From contig CBFFRQ010000013.1 in the NCBI GenBank assembly GCA_965644315.1, forward strand, positions 496,001-560,000: 64,000 nt of DNA, in the 5' to 3' direction. The DNA is from Caecitellus pseudoparvulus (Eukaryota; Protista; Bigyra: Bicosoecida). The stretch's first letter is position 1; each line of letters begins with the position of its first letter. Shown here in pieces: positions 19,112-28,958 of this stretch. The notes under the pieces were generated by a model, which made no database searches, had not been told where the DNA came from, and saw only the letters and a program-made list of their open reading frames with translations. The position numbers and the translations under genes are program-made.

Positions 19112-20003
19112 ATGGCGTCTCAGTTGTCACAGGCCAAGCAGCCCATTTCGATCCCAGATGACTTCATGCTGGAGTATGGGGCAGCCGAGCTTGAAAAAGC
19201 TGACCTGCTCATGTTTCAACGGTCTGAGTGGATTTCCGATGAGTGCCTTGCGTTTGGACTGGAACTGGCGTGGCGGCAGCATGGCAAGCAGCTTGCGTGC
19301 ATGAAAGTATTCCACCCGGGGTAAGGGACCGGAGGACTCACACTCGGGACAGTCTGCATTCTGAATACCACAGTTAGAGCACGGTACCTTCAATCTTCCC
19401 TCGCAGTGCTGTGCAGGTCATCAAACTCTCAAGTACGTTGCATCGAGTGGGTGCCCTGCAGCCTGGTGTTGGCGCAGCATGTACTACTGCTTGCCGTGCA
19501 CAGCGGAAGAGGATGTGGCCGCCGTCGCATCAAGGCTAAAGGCTACAACGGAACTTGTGCTGATGCCGCTGAATGATACCAGCTCCCGCACGAGCCCAGG
19601 CTCTGGCAATCACTGGAGCCTGCTCGTGTTGCATACACCCTCGAAGCAAGCGTTCCACATTGACAGCCACTCGAGCTCCAACTCCAGCGTTGCCAAGGCT
19701 GTATTTGAAGGTTTCACGCCGCTATTGAGTGCACCCGCTGGGCAGCCGTGGACTCTTCAAGAGGTGCAGGTCCCACAACAGGAGAACAGCGTGGACTGCG
19801 GCGTGTTTGTCATAGCATTTGGCAGCGCGCTCGCAGCGAGCTGGAGTGCGCACAAGGAACTCTTGGAAAGCCAAACCCCTAGCAAAGATGCAGTAGTTGA
19901 CAGTGTGTGGATTTCTGAAGCGGTTGCCTGCGTCACGCAGACCCAAGTGACCTCGCTGCGGCAAGAACTCGTTCTTGAAGCCATCAAGCTCGCTGGGCCA
20001 TGA
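19112..20003 (+). CDS. SENP8: Ulp1/C48 cysteine protease, SENP8/NEDP1-like (NEDD8-specific), 3 exons
   Basis: Exons 19112-19320, 19407-19432 (26 nt) and 19504-20003 join in frame. Motifs WISDE, P.ND, GNHWSLLV, HIDS, QQENSVDCGVFV give the His-Asp-Cys triad and oxyanion Gln. The compact catalytic-domain-only layout with L.Y...L...D..L at the N-terminus is typical of SENP8. Confidence 0.82.
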
Positions 20004-20314
20004 CTTGTTCCGCTGGAGAGGAGACGTGGTCTGTCGCTTTCCTTCTATCAGGCGACCACTCTGCGTGCAAGGACCAGAATGTGTGCTGTCTCAAGCTGGT
20101 CTGCCTCCTTGGCTCCTGCCACTCCAGCAGGGCAGGGCAATCCTCGTGGGCTCTGCTCGGTCATTTCACAGACTTGAGTAGGCACACAAACAATTCACGG
20201 ACTAGGAAATAATGAAGACTTTAAATGCTATTATGTTTGCTTGGGTGGTGCGTGTGCAGCTTCAATCGCCTCCTCCTTGAGGCTGCCTCATGCTACTGAG
20301 TGAAATGAAACGCA

Positions 20315-21126
20315 ATGCGTTTCCCTCTGCCAGCGATTTGCATTTGTGCAGCAATGGCTTGCGCTGCAAGTCCGGCGATGGCCACAGTCCCAAAGTCTGT
20401 TCTGCATCGCATTGAAGTTAACAAGTCGCGGAAAGTCGCAGCCGCAGAGCAGTTCCGTTCGTGGCAGGAGCGCTGGCGCTCAGCACCTCAGCGAAAAGGG
20501 GTGCAGCACTGCACACAGGAAGGATGTGTGAAGAAAGGCGTCTATGTCAGCTTCCGACAAGACGACGGGATACTGTTCTGTCGAGACTGTGCCCACGCAG
20601 CCCAGCAAGGCCTCTTCGGTGAGCTGTGCCAGCCTGCCCTCCGTGTGAACCTCGTGAGATCCAACGCACCGCCCATTCTTCAGCTCGGGCATGGACACGA
20701 CCAGGGCACCCAGGGCTGGAGCAACCAATAGAGGCAGAGCTGATCCACGCAGTTCCCAATGATGCAAGCAGCCGCATTCTGAATCAGCTAGGGGGTGCCG
20801 TCGCTCTCGTGCAGAGAGGAGGGGTGCCCTTCGCGACCAAAGCCAGGCACTGCCAAGAAGCCGGAGCCCTTGCGGTGGTGATAGTGGATACCCCAGGACA
20901 ATGCGACGATCAACTTCACTGTGGGGGTTTGCTTGGCGACCCCCATCAAGGCCCCTTGGGGTCTGCAGACAGCCAGAGCTTGTGGCAAGGCGTGTATATC
21001 CCCGTCTCCCTTGTGTCCCGGCGATCTGGGGCGCGCATGCGGGCCCTCATGACGGAAGAAGAAGTGCTCCTGTATGAGGGGCAGGTGCATTTTCACACAC
21101 GAGAGCTGGACGAGCGAAACTCCTAA
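20315..21126 (+). CDS. Secreted PA (protease-associated) domain protein, 2 exons
   Basis: Signal-peptide-like N-terminus. A 65 nt intron (20619-20683, GTGAG...TTCTTCAG) links the two ORF-track frames. PA motif AVPNDA...VALVQRGGVPFATKA...QEAGALAVVIVD...IPVSLVS...G..M. Confidence 0.82.
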
Positions 21127-21133
21127 GAGACGG

Positions 21134-22973
21134 CTACTTTCCCTCAGCAGCAGCGGCTGCTCCCGCGCCACCTGGCTCCGTGAGTCCGTTCTCCACACCC
21201 CGCAGCACGTCTTCCATGAACTTCATGGAGATGCTGACGTAGTTGCGCACTGATCTCAAGTAGTCAAAGAGCTCCACGCGGTACTCCTCCGGGCTGCTGC
21301 CGCCCAAGTACTTGTCCACAACTTTGCTCAGCTCGAGCAGCTCCAGCAAGTGCTCGTTGTTGGTCTCCAGCTGTTGCTGCAAGAACTCGAAAAGGGCCAG
21401 CTCTTGCGAGTCCGTGCAGAAAAACGCAAAGACGTAGGACCACTTCAACACTCGGCGACCCTTGAGGATGGCTTCCACTGCCGTTCGCAGGCACTCCACA
21501 TCCTTGTACGTGAGGCCCTTCTCACTCTGCAGCTGGTCCATCTTCTTCTCCAAGCGCACCAGGAGCTGCTTTGCATGGCGTCTGGCCTTGTCATGGTTGT
21601 CAAAGCGAGAGAAGTAGTGCAGGTACCGGTCAAGCACCACGCGGGCTTTGTCCTGCTTGCTGTAGATCTTGTCCAGGGCCCCCTCTTCCTTCATCTTCTT
21701 GTACTTGTTGCAGGTGTAGTAGCCGCCTGTGGAGGATCCGTGGGCGCTCCAGTCCCCAAGGCACATCCAGCAGAAGTCGTGCCCGCAACCTCCCATGGCT
21801 TTCCTGCAGGTCATGTGGTTGCAGCCTTGGTTCTTCTCGATTGACACGCCACACTTGGGGCACGGCTTCGTGTTGGCAATGATCCAGGTTGTGTTTTCAC
21901 TCTCACTGCTATTCTTCTCCTCCCAAGCTTTCGCGGCTTCGCAGTCAGCCGGCCTGTGTGCCTCCCGCAGGCAGGCGAAGCAGAACTCGTGGCCGCATTT
22001 GCAGGCGACGTCCTTGGCGCCGCCCCCTGAATACATGGCCAAAAGCCCGCAGCCGGGAGCTGGGCACCACTGGGTGGAAGCATTGGCCGAGACAAAGGAC
22101 TCTACCAGGAAATGCTGGTACTTCTCCAGCTGTCCTGGTTCTAGGTAGCTTCGAAACATGCGAGGGCGCACGCGCTCCGTGCATCCAGACGCAAAGCACT
22201 CCAAGTACGCCACTCCAGGGCCGTGGTTTGCCGCTTCGCGGAGAAACTCCCGCCAGCCATCCTTGGACATCCAGTGCCCACAAGGCATGCTGTCACACTC
22301 GCTCCAGGCTACGTCATCGTCCATGGTCCATGGGCACTCGGCAAGCTGCGTTGGCGAGCCACGGTGAACGCTTCATCGCAGCAAGTGCGCAGGCGGGCTG
22401 CAGTACGTACGCAGGGGACCCCAGTAGGAGGGGAGGGTGGATCTTTTCCCGCAGTCAGGCCAGCCCCCTTGCGGATCTGCACGGGGTGAGGAGTGGCAGG
22501 GTCACGAGCGTTTCGAGCTGGCGTTTCGTCCTGTGCTGCCTTCCTCACCTCGTCAGTCTTGTCATAGAACAGCCCTTGAAGCTTCTGGTCATCCCACTTA
22601 AAGTACTGCAGCAAGAGTAGAGCATCATCCTCAGGGATGCACAGCACCTCTGCAGAGTTGGCGACGAACTGCGAGGAGAAACGAGGCAGTGAGCTGCAGG
22701 AAGCAGTGGCCGCAAGCCCGCACGCCAACACGGTACCTCCACATGCCAGCACCATCTAGGGTGTGCACTCACTTTGTCCATGTCCCGCTTGACTGCATCA
22801 GAGTCTGAGATCGTCACTGAGGCTTGGCGCACGAGCAGTGGGAAGCTCGGAGCACTCCCAGACACTCCCGCCTCATCATCTTCGTCCTCCTCGTACACGT
22901 ATTCCTCCTCATCGTCTTCGTCGTACACAAACTCCTCTTCCCCATCTGACGCATAGTCGTCCATTGCTGCCAT
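21134..22973 (-). CDS. ARIH1: Ariadne-family RBR E3 ubiquitin ligase, 4 exons, ~532 aa
   Basis: Exons 22973-22773, 22668-22549, 22476-22411 and 22345-21134. Acidic N-terminus, UBA-like LLLQYFKWD, IBR WCPAPGC..C.CGH.FCF.C...HRP.DC, RING2 TKPCPKC...IEKNQGCNHMTC with catalytic Cys, Ariadne domain RYLHYF.RF.NH and RRVLKWSYVFAFF. Confidence 0.92.
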
Positions 22974-23325
22974 GGCTGCTTGCGCCCTGGCCCTTCCCTG
23001 GGGCCTGCTGGCAACTGTGTGTCAGGGCGACGACCACGCCAAACGTTGACGTCTCAAGCTCTCGCAATGACGCCACGCCAAGGCAGTCGAGATCGCTGTA
23101 GCACAATGAGTAGGATCGCTGATTTTGACAGGCCGGTTTGAATTTGTTATCACCGCATATGCGCCACTCAGCCAACGGCAGGGACCAACCCAACAACTCC
23201 TCCCAAACCGAGCATGGCAGGCAATGCACCCTTGCATGGTAGACTGCTTCGCACAAATTTACAGAGCTGCGAACTATTTTCGACCAGCACCCTAGGCATT
23301 AATCCGTGGTACAAGTGGCTTGGTC
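22974..23325. promoter_or_regulatory. Putative bidirectional promoter (Ariadne / uncharacterised gene)
   Basis: About 350 nt between divergent ATGs, TTTGAA at 23137. Confidence 0.45.
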
Positions 23326-24178
23326 ATGGCAGCGACCCAAGGGTCGTCATCGGAGGCAGACTACTGGCCTGCTGGCAATGGGGCAGAGGTCTGCACTGCA
23401 GGCTACGGCGGTGGCGTAAGCAGCGCCCATGCGACTGCCTCCTTGCCGACACGAAACAAGGATGGAGTGTTCATCTTCGAGGATGCTCCGCTGCTGCGGC
23501 CAAACTTGGCACCGTGGGAAGTGATTCAGGTGCGGGCACGCCACGTCACAGCATCAAGTTCCGCAAGGTCCTGGAGCAAGCGGCACCTGCACCGCGACGA
23601 CGCGCTCACAGGCAGGAGCGTTCGGAGGCGGGTACTTCAGAAAGATCACAAGTGGCGTCACTGGCCAAAAGTACGCCAACGCACACAAAGAATTCCCCGC
23701 CGAGTGGTTTGAAGGCCTGGACACGTCCGAGTCTGTCACAAGCAGCACATATCGGGAGAGTGCAAACCTGTACGGGGTCAAGTGTGGCTCTGACCTGGAA
23801 GCATGGGAGAGTAAGGGGTGGATCCATGAGAGCAGTCCGTTTGGTTGGTTCCAGTGGTACTGCCGATTTTTCATGGGCTTGCGTGGGGAAGACGATGAGC
23901 GGCAGATCAGCCGCTGGAACAAGTGCGCTGGCATCAAGTCCGGGCGCTGGCTCAGGAATCTTGTCGGGAAAGTTGCGAGGGCAAATGCTGCAGCCGACGA
24001 TGCCAGGATTTCCCCAGTGGTCAGGCAAACTCTGCTTCACTGGGCGTACTCTTTGACGGACAAGGACTTTCAACGCATCGCAAAGGATCGTGGACTGACA
24101 CAGACTGCAGGCGGGTCCAAGCGCAGCCGCCCTTCGCCCGCTGAAAGCCGCGCTAGCAAAAGCAAAGCTAAGAAATGA
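23326..24178 (+). CDS. Conserved uncharacterised Trp/Gly-rich protein, 2 exons, ~256 aa
   Basis: Exon 23326-23529, 82 nt intron, exon 23612-24178. Gives F.D.P..RPNL.P.EVIQAGAFGGGYFR, N.YGVKCG..L..WESKGWI, P.GWFQWYCRFF.G.R..DDERQI.RW, SPVVRQTLLHWAY, then a basic C-terminal tail. The middle part is absent from the ORF track. Confidence 0.85.
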
Positions 24179-24287
24179 GAGCGTGCCCAGGGCAGGTTGC
24201 GCTACTACGAGCTGCCATCGGACTGTCCGCCGTCGACAAAGTCGGCAAAGAGCTTCCACTCCTGCCAATTCTTGCGATACAATGCAG

Positions 24288-27200
24288 TCAACATGCGGAG
24301 CCAGCCATCCCTGCCCCCTCTGTGTCACCAGAAACCAATGTTGCCGAGGGCACGAGGGCTTCGTCCTGACGTTCAGGGTGCTGGGCTTGGAGTGATGGCC
24401 CACTCTTCCCTTGCTGGAAAGGAAGGGCGACGGCAGAGGTCTCAGGAACAGATGGCTCAGCCTGCACTGACCCCTCCGCTGCAGCCACTCGTCCTGCGGC
24501 AACCACTAAAGTGGCCATGCAGGCAGCGTCTTGCGTTGCAGAGGTGACACCAAGCGGGGCTCCGTACCAGGAGAGCCAAGAGGACAGGCGATACCTGTGT
24601 CCCGACGGCACAGATTGGCAGGCCTGGGGACTGGCAGGGTCAGTCACATTCGCAGGTGCTATCAGGTGTGCAGGGCGGGCACATACCACGGCATTTTGGG
24701 CTGAATCAGGGGCCTGCCCAGCTAATCTTGCTGTCAGGCACGTCTGGTCCTCGTGCACAAGAAGGTCCCTCCACCCAGCCACCAGCAACACCCCTCGCAG
24801 AAGAACGTAGCCCATGTGCACTCTCTCGCCCGACGATCCTGTGGAGTGCTGCGGCCGCCTTCGAAACGCTGGGGCTATGTCGGCCTGCTGCGGCAGCACA
24901 CTCGGCAGCAGCTGCTGCGCATCAGCCTGAACCACCAGCACCGGGTCTGCAGGTGGAGGAGTCAGCTCGTAGACAGCAGTGTCTGAGAGAAAGGGTGTGT
25001 ACATCGCTGCGCAGTCTGCACAGACCATGGACATGGGCTGATGGTGCAGCAAATCGTCGAGAGAGACCCTGGGTTCTGCACATGCAGAGTGAAACCAGTC
25101 GTCGCACAGCTCGCACTGGACCATGGGTCTGCTCTCCACCTTATTGCAATAGCAGTATCTTCCGATGAAGGTATGGTCGATGACGTTGCCATGCTCCAGG
25201 CCTGCTCGCTTCCAGCCTTGCACTATGGTAGGTGCAGCCTGCAGCATACTCTGCAAGTCACTTGGCTCAAGGGGCATCTGCGCATCCACCGCACACCTGA
25301 CCTGGGCTTGCAGATCGCCCGGGCAGCGACAAGATCCTTGACGCATGCAGCTCCCATCACAGCCTGGGCAGTCACAGCTTCCTTCTGCATCGGGTGCGTT
25401 TAGTGAGCAAGCTCCAGTGCTGGCCTGATCTTGAACCAGGCTGCAAAGATCTCGCACACACTTGCGCAGGGGAGGAGGGACGGAGATGCCTTGGATGGCG
25501 CTGCCATCAGCACTTACATGGTCAACTGCGAGGGAAGCACCTAGGCCATCCAGCCGGCAGACGCTGAGGGAGTCAGTGAAGGACCTGCAACCACACTCGC
25601 AAGTGAAGCCTTGTTTCATGCCTAGCTCGACGAGAACATGTCCTTGGGCTCCATGGCATCGCCCAGCACACGCATGGCACATGCCAACCGGCTGGATTGG
25701 TGACTGTAACATTTCCTGCACGAGTTCCTGATGGCGGGGAGCCAATGCTGAGAGCGGGGCTGCCACCCGGCCGTGGCTCGTGCCGAAGAGGAAGCTTGTG
25801 GCTCGTGCAACGTCTGCCGCCACGCCCGATATTCCCAGTGCCGTGCTTGGGAATTCAGATTGACTGTCCACCGCAGCATGCCCACCTGCTGCTAGCGCAT
25901 CTCGAAGGCTCGCAAGCCGCGACAATGCGTACTGAGCGATGGCTTGTGACACTGTGCATGTGAGGCAAACGAACACTTGCTGGTTCCGGGGGCCATCTGC
26001 TCGAGTGCAAGCCACACCGTCGCTCTCCTCTTGCCCAGCTAGGCGCCAGTCTTCCTCCTCTTCATCACTCCAGGCCTCTGCTCCAGCATCACCATCCAGC
26101 TCCCACTCGGTTGCGTCTCCCCACACAAGCGCAGTCCTCTCCTCAATGGTCGGGATGAGAGGGACAAGCAAAACATCAGCTGGAACTGTGCCATGTTTGG
26201 CCTGGGCTGCGATTTCCTCAGCGCCAGAGGCTCGGCCGGCATCGCTTGTGGGGAACACCACCGAGACAGCAGCAATGTTCTCCAGAAGTGGCCCGCCAGG
26301 GCCCACTTGCAGAGACGAAAAGACAAGCCCAGGAAATCCCGCTGCCCCCATCACCCAGCCTGCTAAATCTGAGTCACTTGTCGGCACCTCGGCTCCCCAT
26401 AGCCATCCTGGGGGTGGCTCCTGAGCCGGGAATACACGGGGGCCACGCTTGAGTTGTCGAAGCACCGCAAGCCTGCCCACCGACGGGGCAGCGGAGGGCA
26501 AAGGCCCAGCATCCAAGAGCTTCCTTCCTCGGATCCCCCTTGCCGAAGCGGCCATGGACGTCGCGAGTTGGATGGGTGTGCAAGAGGAAGCTCCCCGGCA
26601 GTGCACACTGGAAACACGTTTCGAAGCTCGCCGGCTGCAGTGGAGGTGCCCGCGCAGGCCGCCAATGCGGCGGACCTTGAGGGTATCCAACAGCCCGCCC
26701 CTGGCTGCTCGTCCTCTCGTAGGTGATGGAGTGGCCTCAGCGCGGGCACAAAAAGAGGCGTGCAGGTGGACTGTGCCCGCACTTTGGTGCCCCGAGTGCA
26801 TCGAAGGTAGAGTTGGAAGGTCCCTCAACCCAAATCCAAAAGTTACTTGCTGGGCGTCGTATGACACCAGGGCTTCAACAGTCTGTGAGGATGACGGTGC
26901 CCATAGCGCAGATGCTGCAACTGTGCCGTTTGGCGCACCCAACTGGGTGGAGCCTGGCCGGTGCCGCCACAGCGCGAGGGGCGAGCTGCATGATGCCACG
27001 TGCTCACCGCTCTGAGCACGCAGCACTTGTACGCCTCCATTGGCAGACACGTGAAGCAAGCGCTGTCCATCAGGGGAAACTGAGAGCATGGGGCCAGGGG
27101 AGGGCCACGGGGATGGGCCTTGCGTTCGACACCATTGTGGTTGCAAGACGGGAAGTGGAGGCGCTGCCAAGGCCACTAAAACACCTTCAGCATCGGGAGA

Positions 27201-28756
27201 AAGCATACTTTCACTCCCCCCGCACTTTTGGTCAAGCACCGACAGGACCTGAGCCACATCTGCTGCGGCAACAGACTGGCACCGACCCTCACACAGTGGA
27301 TGGAAGCTCTCGGCGGCCCCGAAGTGCTGCAGCTGGGCGAGCAGCGCCATCCAAACGGGAGAATCCTGGTAGCTTTCCGCCTGAGCTGCGCCATACCCCA
27401 ATGCATACACGCTGGGCGTGAATGCTGTGGACACCAGGGCACTTACCGGCAGTGCCGAGAGTCGACCATGGCAGTAGTGTGCGAGCATGGGAACTGCTGC
27501 AGGGTGCTGGGTGTGGGAGGTGGCTTCTTCAAATCCCCACGCAGAGCGAGTAACGGCGTGGGCCTGCTGCAGACCAGCGGCGGGCTGCTTTCGCCCGGAC
27601 TCCGCAACAAACAGGGTGTCACCCCCAATCCAGCGGGCAAGGGGGACAGGTGTGGCAACAGACTCCAGGCTCATGCGGCCACGCTTCTTGGAACGCACTG
27701 CCAAAGTGCTTTGCGGCTCTGGTCTGTGAAGGTGCTGCGGCGCTCCACTGTACTCCCACCGGCCATCGGAGCACACACGCACTTTGTGCCCGCCCCACGG
27801 GTTCGTGAGGAGCACCGACTGCGGCCGCAGCATCCGCACATCCCAGCACACAACCACCCCATTTTCTTGTCCCACAGCTAACTTTCCACCAGGGCACCCG
27901 CCTTGCATCACTGCAACGCTGTGTGCTGCGGATGGCGTCCCGAGCGCAGCAGCAGCCCAGCTTGGCAAACCTGGGCAGTGCTTCAAGGCAAGCTCGGCAG
28001 GAGGTGCCGCACACACGAGCTCGGTTGAACATCGCATGTCCAGCGCTGCAAAGGATGTGCCCCTGGTGAAGGCAAATGTAGAGGGTGCCAAGGTGGCAAC
28101 GTCGGCCACGGCCTGTGACAGGCCCGCTGCGATGCTGTGTGGGGGCCCGGACAATGCCCCGACAGCCCTGTGCAAGCTCAGCTCGCGGCGATGAATGTCC
28201 ACAAAGCTCAGTGAAGCGGCACCAACAAAGCCGTCAAGACCGCCTGCCACAAATGTGGCCTTTCCCACCGCATCAGGGCCAGACGTAGCACATGTTGCTT
28301 CCCTCACGGCAGTTGGCAGAGGTACACTGAACACTTTCTCCGTCTCATCTCCAGCCACACGTAGAAACTGAATGTTTCCTTCACGGTCAATCGATCCCCA
28401 CAGGTCTCCATGTTCCCTGGAGCCTTCTAGCACAGCGCCTGGGCCACAGAATCCACTGCGCTAGATGCGGAATTTGCTATCACGCACATGCTTCGAGCAT
28501 ACCACCCGTCGCCCTGACTCACGTTGCGAAGCGTGCATGAAGCGAATGCGACATGGCACGGATTTCCTACGAGTTTTACTCGACTCTCACGCGCAGAGCT
28601 TCTTTGCAGACACCCCCGCGGGCGTTTCACGAACTCGACTTGCCAGCTGAGCTTGTTGCCGAGGAGTGCTGATCGTTGTCGATGCCACGCTTCGCGGAGG
28701 TCCGCACACCAGGAGGCGACCCGCTGCCTTGCCTGTCCTTGGCACTTGATCCACAA
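24288..28756 (-). CDS. WD40-like beta-propeller followed by UBR-box and PHD finger (UBR7-like module); 5' end uncertain
   Basis: Stop-free from 28460 to 24288. WD-like repeats (LAVGQENGVVVCWDVR; VSPDGQRLL). UBR-box CT...G...QQVFVCLTC / GMCHAC...CH...H.LVELG.K..F.CECG at ~25590-26010. PHD N...H.F.GRYCYC...MVQCELCDDWFH..C...VCADC at ~25010-25180. A 62 nt intron (28461-28522) joins an upstream exon in phase. Confidence 0.75.
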
Positions 28757-28958
28757 CCTGGCAGTTTCTAGTCAGTGTGTTTCACTTCAACTTTGCACCG
28801 CCTGCTCAATTGCTCCTCCCCCGTAGCTGCGCTTGCAACGCCGCAAGCAGCAACGCAGGGCGGTAGCAAGCTCGAAAGCAGAGGCAAGGACTTTGCATTC
28901 TTGTAGCAGCCCTCGCATCACTATGCACGTGAACTGGTGCGGAGATCTCAGAGCGCAG

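Noticed and set aside
20600-20731. Apparent frameshift or pseudogene in the PA gene (similarly in the kinase, PIG-V, TMCO1 and Ariadne)
   Set aside because: Each frame change is resolved by a canonical GT-AG intron in the correct phase, so no programmed frameshift or recoding is needed.
22870-22950. TCC/TCG/TCA-rich quasi-repeat
   Set aside because: It encodes the normal acidic N-terminus of Ariadne; not an independent repeat.
23214-24502. 280 aa (+, 23214-24056) and 298 aa (-, 23606-24502) ORFs
   Set aside because: They overlap the better-supported spliced gene 23326-24178 in other frames.
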